A DNA stretch of 64,000 bases from Rhizaria sp. SCN 62-66 (GCA_001724265.1 MEDY01000017.1:1-64000), one strand, 5' to 3'; shown: positions 22,901 through 37,700, counted from the first letter of the stretch. The notes: generated by a model from the sequence alone, not told the origin. Numbers and translations: made by a program.

Positions 22901-25154
22901 GCTCACCGCGGGCTTCGTGCATGACTCGGACCCCTTACTGGCGGACCCCGAGCCGTCGTTCGCGGCGGGCGCCGCACCCGCACCCGTGGCCGTGTCACCG
23001 TCGACACAGGACAGCTCGCGCGCGGCGGCCATGCTCGCACTGCCGCAGGACACCACCGCGGTGCGCGACGGCGTGCGCGAGCGCGCTGCTGCGGCCCCCG
23101 CGACGGCCGCGAAGCCCCAGGTTGTGACGGCGTCCAAGGCGACGGATATGACGGGGCTGGGTCTCGGTCTCCTCTCGGTGCGCCGCCACGGCTACGCGCC
23201 GCCGAACCTGTTCCCCGAGGGCGAGGACGCGGCGGGCTCGTCGTCGCTGCTGTGCGCCATGTCGCTGACGCTGCGCGAGCTCGCGGCGCGCTCTGGCGTG
23301 GCCGATGTGGCCGACTTGGACGCGCTCATGCTGTCGCCCGCCGAAGCGGACAGCTTTGCGCGCGCCGTCGCGACGCTGTGCCACGACCCGCGCACCGTGG
23401 TGAGCGCGTCTGCGCCCTTTTACTCGAAGCGCGCGCGCGTGAGCGCCGACGTGCTGACCAAGGGCCTGGCTGCTGCCGTAGAGACGATGCCGGCTCAATG
23501 GCGCCGCTACCACGGCTCATTGTACACGCGCATGCTGCTGCTGTTGCTGCCGTTCTTGCGCCAGGCCGCCGTGGCCTACGCAGGCGCGGTGCGCTCGTCG
23601 CCGCTCCGCATCCTCACCGCGGCCGGCGCCGGTGCTGCGGGCGCGACCGCGGCGCACGCATTCACGGTGCTGGGCAAGGCGCCGCTGGAGATCACGCAGC
23701 CGGAGTTGACGCCCGCCACGCTCGAGTCGCTGCTCAAGACGCTGCCCGGCATCACCGCGTCGACGGGCGCCGTGTCTGCGTTTACCGGCGTGTCGCTCGC
23801 CGACACCACGGGCCCCGCGGGGGCCGCGGCGCCCGGCGCGTCGGTCGAGGTGCACCAGGGCTCGGTGTTGATGCTCGCACGCGAGGCGGCCCTGCTGTGC
23901 CAGTACCTTGGCCTCCCCGACGTGTTCTCGCTCTTCACCAGCGCGGTCGTCGCGGGCGACCACAGCACCACTCCCGTCGCCGCGGCGGCCGCGACGTGGC
24001 TCTTCAACATCAACGCCACGCTCGCGCACGACGCTCTGCTCGAGTCGCCGCACCTCTTCCCAGCAGCCGCCGTACCCGCCGCCGCTGGTGACGAGACCAA
24101 GGAGCCCTGCGGCGCGGTTGGCGTGGTGGGCTCCCCGCTTATCACGGTGTACCCGAAGCGCGCCGCGCACGTGCACGCCTCGGACGACGCCAGGCCTGCG
24201 GTCGAGGCTGCGCCGGCGGGCGGTCCCGGTCTGGGCTCACTCTTCTCGCACCTCTTCTGCCTCACCGCGCCGGTGCGCCCGTCGCTGCTGTCGCTGATGG
24301 CGCCCGACCTCGCGCGCGATCTCCCGGGCACCACGCGCTACTTCACGCGCGCCGCTGCGCCGTCGGGCTCGCGCGCGGTAGTGCCTTGGGGCGCGCTGAG
24401 TTACCCCGCGCCGCAGCTGTGGCTGTCGCTGCCCACGCCGCGCCCGCTGCGTGCGCCGCGCTTTGTGGAGCTGCCCCACTCGTTTAACGACCTCTTCATG
24501 GCGTCGGCCGACTCTGAGCTCATGGCCTGCGCGGTGTGCAGCGCGGCGATCGACACGCGCGCGCGTGAGCAGAAGATGACCGAGACGTTGGAGCGACTGG
24601 CCGGCGGAGACGCGGGCGCTACGCACGACCACAGCGGCCAAATCAGCAGCCGCGGCTCTGCGCCGATGATGCGCATGCCGGTCATCTGCCTGACGTGCGG
24701 CGCGACGCTCGACGTCAACGTGTGCGACGGCTGCGAGGCCGCCGAGCGCGGCTTTGGCGTCGGCTTTGGCGTCGGCGCTGGCGCTAACGCGAACGACCCG
24801 TACGTGGTGCCGCGCGCCACGACCAACGTGCTGCGCCAACACGCGCCGCAGTGCTCGGGCTCGCTGGGCGTTTTCTTCCACGTGAAGCACTGCGCGACGG
24901 TGATTACGTGGCCGACGCGCATCGACACGCGCAACGACGCGATGCGGCGCGCGTACCGCTACGGTTCCCCGTATGTGGATGCGCATGGAGAGCTGGACGT
25001 GCACCTGCGCCGTCGCCGCCCGCTCTTCCTCGATGCGCGCAGGCTCGAGCATCTCCGCGGCTATGTTGCCACAGGCACGCTGCCCGCGCTCGTGTCGCGT
25101 TTGATTGATAACGAGGTTGAGTACGCGCCCATCACCAACGAGCATCAGTTGTAA
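10530..25154 (+). CDS. UBR1: UBR1/UBR2-family N-end-rule E3 ubiquitin ligase, ~4870 aa as one ORF reading through TAG at 12462-12464 and 13968-13970
   Basis: UBR box (CGAVL..GEPAYYCRTC..DPSCIQC..CF..SDH.GH..GGCCDCG...W...CSKH, ~11217-11426); ClpS-like domain (~12168-12390); FKRVFAVSFARHY..LGVQVLTEP; R..HVEF; RING CIVC...CGHAVHKKC..CPMCR; C-terminal CLTCG and SPYVDAHGELD..LRR.RPLFL. The three track ORFs share one frame; terminal TAA. Confidence 0.9.
19848..19943 (+). repeat. (GAT)n microsatellite encoding a poly-Asp tract, followed by GAC/AAC/AAT repeats
   Basis: Directly visible GAT run with one GGT interruption inside the UBR1 CDS. Confidence 0.95.
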
Positions 25155-25783
25155 TGCTGTCGAGTCACACATCAACATTTACTTTATTTACGTATAATTA
25201 TCACTGAATAACCCTTATAATCCCTAGATATGTTTGCATTGATCAAAGCCCATACACAATCCTAGTACAATTCATCATCTTTATTTTGTTTTGCCATAGA
25301 AGTGTCGATATATGTCTTGTTTTGTCAGATTTGTGATACCCCTCAACGAGATTGCTGTTGGTAGATTGCTGTCGGTACCCGCCATCTTGTTCGAGCTACT
25401 GTGTGACGCAAAGTCCGTCAGTGAAAGAATGATTTGGATCTACGATTCAAAACACAAAGTTTACTAATTTCACAATTTGTTTTAGCTGTTTGTGTCTTTA
25501 TTACAATCACACCGATGAAGTGTTGTTCGCATCACTCAGACCCACTTTGCCGGGGCTCATCGATATTTGGCGGCATTCAAGCCACTGCATCAAGCGAAGA
25601 TTATAGTCCAATTGAACATATTTTATCTGTATATCTAGTTGTATACTATTAAGAAATAGAGAGTAATATGTCATAATACTCAACAAGCTCACTTATCCTG
25701 ACCACTTTGTTTGCCGCTCTCTCGAAGCAGTTCGAAGCAGTCACACTTCTGCTCTTGGTTGTGACAGATTTGCGTTGACCGCA

Positions 25784-28700
25784 ATGAGCAACCGTGGCCA
25801 ACGGTCCCGCCAAGGGACCCCCCGGGACACCAGGCGCGCCACGCCGCCGCGTAATCCCGTGGCCGCACCGAGCGCACACGTGTCCCCCACAGGCCTCCCG
25901 GTGCTTTCGTCTCCGACTGCGCTCGCGTCCCCGCTGCCCCCTGTGGCCGGTGACGCGCTTGCTGTGGGGCCTGCGCACGGCCCGTCGACGGCGCGACACT
26001 TGTTCGCTGATATAGCCCCGCAGGCCGGTGCTGCGACTTCGTCCTCTTCATCCTCAGCCGGCCCAGTTGACGCGACCGCTGCAGCACTCGCTGCCGCAGC
26101 CGCCACCGCAGCAACCGCCGCGACCGCCGCCCTAACTCCTCAGTCAGTCCAGCCGCCCGTGCCGCATTTCCAACCCGCTTACCGCGCGACGGACGCGTAC
26201 GCAGCAGACGCGCCCGCGTGGCCCCAAGCGCTGCTGGCGCAGGTGGCGCAGATCGGCGACAACGACGGTGACGGTGACGATGGTGGCGGGCACTCGCGCC
26301 CGGGGGTGCTCACTGTTGCCAGTTTTGGGGCCGCGCATGCAATGCATTTTGGACTAGCCGGTTCTGCAATGGGCGACGGTGATATCATTCTCGCGTCTAG
26401 TGCGACTGGAGCAGCTCTTGCTCTTGCTCCTGCTGACGGCGCTGGCTCTGCGAACGCGGCCGACGACGACAACGACGACGACGACGGTGCCGAGTACGTT
26501 CCCGGTGATTCCGCCTCAGATTCCGCCTCCGACTCCGTCTCAGCCTTGGCCTCTGACCGCGCCCCCGGCTCCGGCGCCCGGCACCAACACCGCCGGCCCA
26601 GGCGCGCCGACAGCAGCAACAACGATGACGACGATGACGACGATGACTCGGACGCTGCCCCCATGGCGCCCGACGAGCTGGCCGCGATCGAGGCCGACCT
26701 GACTGAGCTGCTGGCGGATCAAGACGAGGCCGAGACTGCGCTGTTTTTACGGCAGCGCGGCCGCCGCACAACGCGCTCCGCGGGCGCCGACCCGCGCTTC
26801 GCCGCCTCCTCCCGCTTTGCGCGCGGGGCGACGGCGCACGCCGACGCCGGCGACGGCGAGGGCGGCGCGCGCGGCGGGCGCGGCGGGCCTGCGGGCGCCG
26901 CCGACGATGACGATGACGACAATGACGACAACGGCGATGACGACGACGATGATGATGATGATGATGATGGCGATCTGGCACTAGGCGCAGACGCGGCACG
27001 CAAGCGCGCGCGCAAACTTACTCAGCGCGCGCTCGCCGCCGTGGCCGCCCCCGCGCCCCCCCGCGGCGCGCGCGCTGCAACAGCCGTTGCGACCGGCTCC
27101 GGCCCTGCTTCCGCTGGGCGCGGTGGCGCGGGTGCGGGCTCTGGCTCCGGCTCTGGATCTGGCGCTGGCGCTAGCGGCGGCGGTGATAGGGCCGACGCGG
27201 ACGAGTTCGCGCGCCACCGCTACCGTCTGCGGTCGCGTCTGCCGCAGCAGTACCCCGCGTTTGCGACCGACGGCGCCGACGACGACGACGAAGAAGAAGA
27301 TTGGCGCGCGGACGACGGTGACAGCGACTCGCGCTCTGAGTCCAGCGACAGCGGCGGCGACGACGCGCGCGCGCCCGCCGCGGACTCGTCGGTTGCCGCG
27401 GCCGATGGCGACAGCGCTGCGCTGCCGCCGTGGCGCGTTCCGGGCGGGCGCAAGCGCTCGGCGGCCAAGGAGGAGGAGGAGGAGGAGGAGGAGGATGATG
27501 AGGTGGTCGAGGAAGAAGAAGAGGAGGACGCGCTCGCTGCACTGCTCGAAGACGCAACTCGCTACTACGGCGATGCCGTTGTGCTATCCGCCGCCGACGC
27601 CGCCGATTCTGCCGTGGCGGACGAGGCCTTTGACCGCTCGAAACGCTCGCGCCGCACGCGAGCGCAGGCCGCCGCCGCGGCAGGCGCCGCTTCTGGCGCT
27701 GCCGCAGCGCAGGATCCGCGTGCGGACGAGGACGCCGCCGCCGCCGCACAGTTACGCGTCCCTATGCGAACGCGCGGTGTGCTGCTCGAGGAGCTTATGG
27801 GCTCGTCCTCGGCCGCCGCGGTAGTGGCCGCGGGCGCGCAGGCCGCAGCAGGCCTTGCGCCGCCGCCACGGGAGGACGCGCAACTGCTCGACATGCTGCG
27901 CCGCAACCGCCGCCGCGCCCCGTCCCCGCCGCCGCCACCGTCATCTGGCCAAGCCGACGCGTTTGCGGCTGCGGCAGTAACGGCGGCGCGGACCGGCAAG
28001 GTTGCGCGCACGGCGACCGCGGCCGACGCGCCGTCCGCGGCCCGTGAGCGCGACGCAAATTAGCTCGCCACGGCGACGGCGACGGCGCTGCTGCCTGCGT
28101 CTGCGCCGCCGGACGCCGCTGCTGTGGCGCCACGGCGGAAGCCGCACAAGACGAAGCACTTGTTCGACGCTTTGCGCCAGCGCGCGCTGGGCGACGAGGC
28201 TGCCACACTGCTGTCGTCTGCTCAATCGCCTGGCGCGTCTAACGCCCCCGGGCGCAAGCGCGCGGCGGCGGCGCGCGCGGCTGAGGACGAAGACAACGAG
28301 GTGTACGTCGAGGAGGAGATCGATGAGGATCTGTCGTCGCGTGACGTGTCCGACCAATCCGACGACGGCGCCGCGTCCCGCCCGCGCCGCAGCCGCCGCG
28401 CCGCCGCCTCTGCTGCGTTCGACGCCGCAGAGGGCGGCGAGGACGGCGTGGGCGGGCGCGCGCACCGCACGACCCGCGGCGGCGCGCGCGTGAGTCGCCG
28501 TGAGATCGTCGATATCATGCGCGACAACGCGCGCACTAACGCGAGCCAAGCCACGGCTGTTGCCGCCGCGGCCGCCGCGGCTGCCGCGGGATTGCCGCTT
28601 CCCCCGCCGCCCGGCGCGGCAGGCCCCGCGGGCGCGTTTCCGCGCCGCACGCGCGCTGCATTCCGCGCGAGCTCTGCGATCAAGGCCGCCGAGGCAGTGC

Positions 28701-31700
28701 TGGCGGGCGCCTCGGGGGCCACTGCGGCTGAGAGCACGGTCGACTCGGAGTGGATTGTGCGCGCGACAACGCGTCACCAACCGCAGGCGGCCGCAGCGCC
28801 CGTCACGGAGCGTGATCATGCGGACGCTGTGCAGCAGTACGATCAGTTCGCGCTTGCGGCGCCGAACTATTCAGCAGAGGCGCCAAACGGTGGCACCCTT
28901 GCTCTCGAGAATCTCAGCGCGATCCCTGCTTCAACACAGACCACTGTGGCGCTTGCTGAGAAGAAGAAGAAGCCAGCCACATCCCTTCTCACGCGTCTTA
29001 AATACCTGCGCAAGGCACGCGCACCGCGACACCCCACGGCGTTTGTCGCGCCCGAGACTTTGCTTGCCGCACTGCGCCGCGGCGCACGCAAGGCGGGCAC
29101 GTTCACACAGATGTCGCTCTTGGCCGCGCACGAATGGCTGCGCATCACCAACACGGCCGCTCGCGACGTGCGTGTACTCGCTCTTTGGATGGCGCGCGCC
29201 GTGTCGTCCGACCTTAAGATTCCACGTGTACTCCCTCCAGCTGCCGAATCGAGGTGTGCGACGGCTGTCCCGGCTCTGACCCGTTCCGCGGCACAAGCTC
29301 ACACCACCGGCGACTCAGCACCACCCCTGCCGCTGCCGCACCAGCTTCTCCGTCGCTCGATGCTTGCGACGCAGGCGCTGAGCACCCTCCTGCGCGGGCG
29401 CTCTGTCGCGGTGCCCCCGCGGCTTGCCCAGGCGCTGACTCTGTGGACTCCCGCGCGCGTCGACCGGCTGCGCGCGCAGGCCGAGGGCGTGGCGCAGCTC
29501 GCGCTGCAGCTGCGCTGGCTCGCCGCCAACCGCGAGCAGTACTACGCCCCCGCGCGGTTCGCGCCGCCGCCTGCGCCAGTGGCGCCCGAGCCCGCGGCGC
29601 TAAAGCGGTTCCCGTCCGTGGCCGCGGCCATGGCGAGCGCGGAGCTGCCCGGCGGCGGCGCGGACGCGGAGTTCGACGGCGACGCCGGGTGGGCGCCCGC
29701 CGCGTTGCAGCGGCTGCGGCTTGCATTGACGCGCTCCCACACCGCGCTGCTACCGCGCGAACCGGGAGAGGTCCAACCCACCGCGGCGGCGCCTCCGGAC
29801 GGGCTGTGGCGGCTCATGCAAGCGGGTCTGCCTCTCTCGCCCGCGCACGCGCAGGATTTACCCTCTGCGTCGGCGTCACACGCGGTGTTCGACCCGCGCA
29901 TCGACTCGCTTCCGCCGGGCCAGAGCACGGCGTTACGCGCCGCCGCACAGCGGCTCACTGCCGGCGGCGGCGGTGACAACACGGAAGCTGTGCCTGCGCT
30001 GGGGGACGTGGGCACAGGCACGGCCGAAGAGGAAGAGAAACAGCACAGTGATCAAGCGCAGCGCGAGCGTGCGTCTCTGCGAGCAGGCTTGGGTAGGACT
30101 GCATTGCTGTCTGGGCTGTCTTCTGTCGCCGATGTGAGCAGTGGCGCACCGGAGTTGCGCGGCCGTGGCGGCCGCGGCCGCGGCAGCCGCGGCGGCCGCG
30201 GCGGCCGCGGCGGACGCGGTGGGCGTGGCGGCGTCGGTGCTCGCGGCGCCGATGGCGGCGGGACCGAACGCGCCGCTGATGACGACGCTGCTGGCGACGC
30301 CGAGGCCAACGCCAACGGAGACGAAGCTGCTCCCGTGGAGGCTCTCATGAGCCCCGCTGATCTTGCTGCACTGTCTGCACGCGGCGAGGCGACGCCTATC
30401 TACATGCCTTTGCATATCAGCGCGATGCCCGCGGCAACGGTGACTCTGGTGCCTGATCCGCGTGACCGCGTGCGTGCAGGCCCCCATTTCTCGATGAGCC
30501 TGTCGCGCGGTGAGATCGCAGCCGCCGCGTCTGCGATTGCGGTGCGACTCTATAACGAGTTCTCGCTTGCGCGTGCAGTTGAGACGCACCGTGCGCGGAT
30601 TCGTGCTGGTGATGACAGCGATACCGATGCTTCGGGTGATTACTTTGTGTCGTTGGCAACCCCTATCGATCTGCTTGAGATGATTGACAAGAGTGCAGAC
30701 ACTGAGCAGGAAACAGTTTCACGAAGTTCCTATCACTGTTACACAGTGGTGCGCTCGTCTCGGCTCAATAACGCGTCGGCGGGTTCAGATGACGTTCACA
30801 CGCTCGTTGCACAAGACGATGCTACGGCTACCCCAGCTTTCATCGAGGACGCCCTCGCTGCGACTGACGCGAAAATCGCCGCGTTTACCCCTGCCCCTCT
30901 TGGGCGCGGCCGTCGCTTGGACGAGTCAATCTGGCTCGATGGGGCTGAGGTGTCCGCAGGCCGCTGGCTCGGTGTGTCACCGTACGACCAACGGCTGCTG
31001 AGCACTGTCAGTGTGCGGCGTACTTGCAACGCTACGCTTCTGCCTCTTTCTGAGTGGCCACAGCACGCGCGCAATCTTGCTGCTGCTGCGGTGATCAGCG
31101 CCGCAACATCAAAACTCGATGGAGCTGAATCAGCCAACGCGACATCGGCGTCGGACTCTGCTTCCAGTCATGACGTTCTTAGTCCACCAGCTGTATCACA
31201 GCATGCCGCCGCTTCTCTTGCCGCTGGCGTCGGCGTGTGTGAGCCCGACGTTTGGCGCGCACTACAGTGGCACCGCTATTGCACCGCGCAGTACGGACCG
31301 CCGCTTGCGGCCCCGCTCTCGCCCGTCCTGACGATCCCGGCTGTGTCGGCGCCGACGTTCGCGTCGCTGTTCCCCGGCAGTGGGTTTGACGTGCCTGTGC
31401 TTGTCGCCACCGGGTCTGCGCTGGAGATCTGGGATCGCGCGCCGTCTGCGCTCGACCGCAAATCCGCGCGCGCCGGCGCACTCGCTCTTGCGCCGCAGAG
31501 TGAGACACGCCGCAAACTCTCGAAGGCCTTGATTTCATCTCTGATGAGCCCGGGCGAAAACCTATCTAGTGTCGACAGTACCTACATGCGCAAGATCTTG
31601 GCCGACACATTTATACCGCCTCCGCCGCCGCACCCGTCCGCGCACTTCCACGCGCCTGGTGAGAGCAGTGCACCGGTCGCCGCGGCGTGGCGCGACTGTG

Positions 31701-34700
31701 CGCCGCTGCGTGATTGGCCCGCGGCGGAGCTCCTGCTGCGCGTTGCTGCTCCGCACCCACTCGCGAGTTTCAAAGACGATGTCGCTGACGCAGTTGCAGC
31801 TGCGGTGGTTGCCGCGCCCCCGTCCGTCACGGCCCTCCGCCCGTCCGCTGCGGGTGTGCCGCTTTTGTTTCTGTCAGGCTCAGCGCTTTTAGCGCAGATT
31901 CCCCGCGCTCTTGGACTTGACTAGGTGTTAGGTCCTGTGGCGGATGACAGGCTCGGTACCACATCCGCGCCCATCGCGCGTTTTACGCAAGTGCCGCGGA
32001 CCTCTCTTACGGAGTGCGAGTCCGAGTCGGTCGCTGCGGCGGTGCTGCGTGACACAGGAGGGCTTTCGCGGATCGGCATCAACGCGCTGTCCGCAGCCGT
32101 GCACGCCGCTTTCTCTGACCCGCACACCGGAGCTCCGCTGTACTCGCCGGAGCTGCTGCCACGGTGGTGGAACGTGCATCAGGTCGACTATAGCGCTGCT
32201 GCACTCGCGCCCGCTCACTGCGCGACCGCGTTGTCGTCAAAGGCGTACCGCTTTTCCGAGGCTGAGACGCGGCTTCTTGCCCGCGCTGCGGCCCGGTACG
32301 GCCAGCGGTTTTACGCGCATTGGCAGCGCCGATTTTTACCTGCACACGCGGTCAGTGCGCTTAAGAACTTGTGGTTCCGGCGCCGCGATGAGCCGACGCC
32401 ATTGCCAGCATTGCCTCCTCTGCCGATGTCCAACAGCTCTGCGGCGGCTCACAACGCTGCGTATGTGCGTTGCGAGCATCCGTTGTTTGCCCCCGCCAAT
32501 CAAATCGCTTCAGTAGCGGCGACACGCTTCTCAGCACCTCTGCCCGGTACGACTGCGGCTTCAGTTTGCTCATTATCTCTTCCAGATGTGCCGCAGCTTG
32601 ACCAATATACCGCGCCCGTCTCATGTGATGGCCCCGCTCTCCTGGCGACTACGTGTCGCGTTGCTGCGTCGCCGAGCTCGAACCCGGCGCTGACGTCATT
32701 TGTGCCTCTTGTACTCGGTGCGGCCGCAGGCTTGGATGCGCTTACCACGGCAGTGCCCGCGCCGGTCCTATTTTCGGACCCTGCTGGCGACGCGTGGTGT
32801 CGTGTTCCCATGTCCGTGATGTCCGCGTTAACGTTGTGCTTTCCCCTCTCGTTTGCTGTCACGTCGGGCTTTGAACGCGTTGTCAGCGGCCTGACATTGC
32901 TGAACGCGCAGACCGCAGCGCGGATGACGGTAAATGATCTATTGACTTCTGTGTGGACGCGTCCAATTCGACTTCCCTCTGATCACTTGGCCGCTTTCCC
33001 GCGCAAGCCCGTTGACTCGTCCAAAATAGGTGACGCAACGCGGCCCGCTCTTAAGGGTTCTGGGCAATCGCGCGCCGCGAGTGCTTCGTCGCGGAATACC
33101 AACACGGCGTTGACGTGGCTAAATAATCCGCACTGTGCGTTCACCCGCGCGATCGGTCGCGCACTGACATTCTGCTCCACGGGCGCGGTGATTGCGGTCA
33201 CCGCACTGCCGTCCGCAGACACGCTGCCTACCACGCATGTTCCCCCACCAGTACGTGCCTCGACCACGGCGTACTCTGCTGGTGGTGATACCATGGCAGG
33301 GCTGCTGATTACACCTACTGGGGCTGACACGACGGATGTGCCAGCACCCACACAGCTTAATATGCTTGAGGACGCTCTGGGTGTGACTGCAGCATCCCGT
33401 GCGATCTCGAGCCTTGCACTGGTCCGTGTCGACATTGACGGACTCGCGCGACGCTCTCCCTCAACTGCGATGCTTGGTGACGTCTCTCTGCTGCAACTGC
33501 CGGTCACGTTTGTGTTTAATGGCGGGGATCTTCCAGTGCCTTCCGTGTCCGCACAGGACGTAACAGCTTTAGAGACGCAGACTTACACCGGGACTACGCC
33601 TAGAGACAAGCTGCAACAGGCGATGACTGTTGTAGACACCGAGATTGACCCACCGTAGCTCGTGCGCGCGCGGCGCGTTGAGGCTCTCTGGGTCAACACC
33701 TCTTGGCAGCGGCGCGTTGCTCTTGCGCTTTGCGAGCTTGCCGCGTTGATTCCCGCGGTTGCGTTGCGCGTATTCGCGCTGTCACCAGGAGCCCGCGGCC
33801 GCTCTGACATCGCCGTGCTGTCAGCTGTGGCCCGTTTGGTGTTCCAGTCGCTGCCGTCCCAGCTGACTGCGCCGCTCGTCAGCGCCGGTCGCGGCGCTGC
33901 ATGGGCGTTTGAGGAGGTATTGCCGCGCGTCCCGTGGTCCCGGGCTCCGTCGAACTGGCCGACTCTGGACCGGATGCGCACTGCGTTCACCACTGGTAGT
34001 GGCGGCATCGTGGTAGGTCTGCCTTACTCGACCGTTGCAGTGGCACTGTGGGCGTATCTCCGCGCGCAGCGCGATGCTGAACAAGCACGTGATACCGGGA
34101 CTGATCCTCTGCATTCGCCGTGGCTGCCCCAATGTATCGGCGTGACGTCGATGCTGTCTTCCTCGCTCCCGTATCTGTACTTGAACACACTTTCAACCTC
34201 TGCTGCCGCGTTAACGACAACTGTGAGTTCGAGCGAAACCGGGTCTGAAGCGGTTTGCGAACTGGATGGTGTTGCCGCATCCATCGGCAGTGCGCTTGCG
34301 ACTGGCACATCGTCCTATGCGCGCGCAATCGCTACTGCAGCAGCAGCGCTTGCGTTGCCGGTATCCTTGCCTGTCCTTGCCCCAACTACCCTGCCCATCG
34401 GCTGTGAGATTACAGCGCCCAACGCGCTGTTTTTCCGCCAGCCCAACGTGCGGTCTGCGCTGCCCCTGCTCGCGAGCGCGCTCGACTCCACCGCCGTCAC
34501 ATCGGTCGCGATGGCGAGCATGGGCCCCGGCGGCGTGTGGGCGATGCGCGCGCTCTACTCACTCGGCCTGCCACCGCTGCCGTTCGCGCCTGGCGGGACG
34601 GACGCCACAGTGCGCGATGTGGCCTCCGCGAAGCTTGCTGGCAGTCCCGCCGCTGCGGCAGCGCACGAGGCGCGCGTGCGGCACACACTGCGGCTGAAGC

Positions 34701-37700
34701 GTTTCGCGCAACTTGCGCTGCTCACGAACAAAGTTGACGCTGAAAGAGGCACTAATAAGGCCGCGCCCGTCGCAGAGAGCCGTCCCAACGTGCTGCACCT
34801 AACGGGTCCGTCTATCTCCACTGCCACAGCATTAACCGTTTCGGATGGTGCAGCGGGCGCGGCGCAGCCCGCGCGGCGCGGACGGCGTGCGACTGGACAC
34901 GCGCGCGGTCCCGCGCTGACTCTGTCGGCGACGATTCTCGTGACGCCGCCCGCGGTGCTGGCCGCGGTCACCCCGTTTTCGCACGCGCTGCTCCCCGCCG
35001 TGGCGACGTACGTGGCGCGGTATGGCCGCAGGTGGTCGATGTTGGCGCAGTTTCTCGCGTCGCAACCGCTCGCAGCGGGTTCGCCGCCCTCGGCGCTGAC
35101 GCTGGCTCGCTGGGCGCGGAGGATCGAGCGCGCAGCGATGCGGATGATGCCGACATCCGTGGTTGAGGTTGCGGACGCAGGCGATGTCGCGATTCCGCCA
35201 CAGGAACATCAATTCGGCGTTAACACTGAGCTGCCTGGTCTCCAGCTGGAGGATCCCATGATGATGCTCGATGCCCCTGCACTAATGCCGGCCAATCACA
35301 GTTCTGCGTTGACGGTGGTGGAGGGCGACGATGCGAGCGCACTGGGTCACATGCTCATCACACCGCCGCCCTACGGCGGCGCGTCATCTCACCGACACGG
35401 TCCCCATGGCGCCGGTGCCGGCGCTGCGCCGCTGCTTTTGGGGCCGCCGCAGTTGAACGGGCCCTTCTCATGGCCGATGGTGGTGCATGACGGCGAGTCG
35501 TCGTCGCACGCGGACGGCGACTCACAGCTCGTCGAGCGCAGTGTGCATGAGTCTCGTGTGCAGGAGTCTCCCGCCGAGCGTCTCGACTCCGGCTCCGACT
35601 CGGACAGCGATGATGATGACGACGACGGTGACAACGGTGACGAAAGCGAGGGCGAGGGCGAGAGTGAACCGGAGGAAGAGACTCTCGAGATGATCGAGCA
35701 GCGGCGGCGCGAGTGGCTGGAGATCTGTCGCTCGGTCGGACTGGACGCGAGCAACCCACTGAGTTCTGCGGATAAGCCGCTGGATGAGCTCATTGCCGCC
35801 GCAGTGTTGGCGTCCAAGGGCGGCGACGCTGCGAAGGAAACGCTGCGCGACGACGACGACAGCGAGGACGCAGACGAAGATGAAGACGAAGAAGACTACG
35901 TCGGCGACGCGGGCAGCAGCAGCGAGAGCAGCAGCGACAGTGAAGCCGCCGACGCCGTGTCTGGTGAAGAAGAGAACGAGAGTAGCGCCGACAGCGGCTC
36001 TGACGGAGACGAGAGCGTCATCCGTGCTGCCGCGCAGCCGCGATTTCGACGCCGTACGCGCAACACGAAGAAGGGCGACGACAGCAACGACGGCGACGAC
36101 GACACTGAGGGCGAGGGGGATGTCAGCTTAAGCGAGTTGGACGACAACGATGACGATGATGCGCGTGCGAGCGACAGTGATGGCGCCCATGACGCCTCAT
36201 CGTCGTCGTCAGACTCAACCCACGACGAAGATAGCTCCGGAGCCGATGATGAGAGCGCCGACGAGGACGAAGACGACGACGATATCAGCCACGGGTCCAC
36301 CGATAACAGCGCCACTGTGGGCAGCCCCACGGCGCCGTCCCTGATGACCGGCGGCACTGACCCGCGGCGCCGGTTCCGCGGCGCGTCCCCCGCCTCGGGC
36401 TCAGCGGTGGACTCGCGCATGGGCTCGCCCGGCCTCGCGTCCGCCGTCTCGGGCCAAACGGGCACGCGCCTCGGCATCGCTGCGACTGCGCACTCCGCGA
36501 CCGTGGGATCCGCATATTCGCGCTTTCAGGGCGCGCGTCCGCCGCTGAAGACGGCCGGGATGCCCGCGGCGGCCGCGTCACTGTTCGACCAGCACCCTGA
36601 CAAGTTCAAGGTTGACCCCCGTTTGCTGCCCGATTACGACGTTGACTCAGATTACAGCGGCGATGACGGGCCTCCGGCGGGCGACGGCGCGGACAGCGAC
36701 GAGCTTAATAACGACCCGTACACTGACAGCGACGACTTCGAGGACGACGACATGTTCAACGAAGAGGAAAATGACGACGATGTTGACGGTAACGACGACG
36801 ACGACGACGATGCGCACGACGCAGAGTTGACGCTTGATGATCTTCCCGTCGCACAAGTTTCTGTGATCACACGTAAAAACAAAGGACGTTATTTTCGCAA
36901 CAGGTTGCACGCGTTTGTGATGCCGCCACGTCTGCGTAACGTAAACTCGTGGCACATGGGCCGCTTTGCGCGTTTGAGTTTGCTCCGCAGCACATACGCG
37001 CGCGCACCGGAGGAGGGCCGCTGGGGCTCTTGGCGCATGCCTACTGATCCCTTTGCGCCTGCTGCGTTCTTCTGCTTAGGCGCCGGCGAGGATGGGCCTT
37101 TTGACCAAGAGCGCGCCGTGCTTGTCGCGGACGGCCGTGCGGTTGTGCGTGACAACGTGGCGCGTGTGCTGCCGCAGCCGCTGCCGAGCATGGTCAGCAC
37201 CATGCTGCAAGAGCGTGCGCGCCACCTCAAGCCGGAGTGCCCCAATATTGCGCTGCAGCTAGTCGCGCACACGACCGTTCCCCGCGACAGCAGCGACGCC
37301 GCTTCTCTGTGCTGGCTCTCAGAGCGCCGCTCAGCGGCGCTTACATCGGTGCGTACGCACACTGACCACGTCGTCACGCGCGCGCAGCCGCTGCTGTTGA
37401 TGTCGTCCGGCGGCCAGTTCGACGTGACGAACCGCCGACACTACGACGCCCGCGCGCGCCACGAAGCGCGCGTGCCGATGCCGGACAAGAAGGACTCTGT
37501 CGCTGTGTGCGCCGTGCCGCGCAGCACCGCATGGGACTCGTCGCTGCCGATCCACGCGCACTTGGCGCGCGCTCTTGCGCGCTCGCACGCGGTCCGCCGC
37601 GCGCCCCCGCGTATCGCAGTCGCCCCCGGTGGCGTGCCTCCGCCTGCGGCGTTCGGGCTCCTGCGCGGCGTGCTGTTGTCGGACCTGTACGTGCTCGGCC

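Noticed and set aside
12462-33658. In-frame TAGs as 3' splice sites of unrecognised introns
   Set aside because: The introns inferred in this window are AT/pyrimidine-rich, whereas the DNA before these TAGs is GC-rich, stop-free and coding-like. The ClpS domain lies shortly before TAG 12462.
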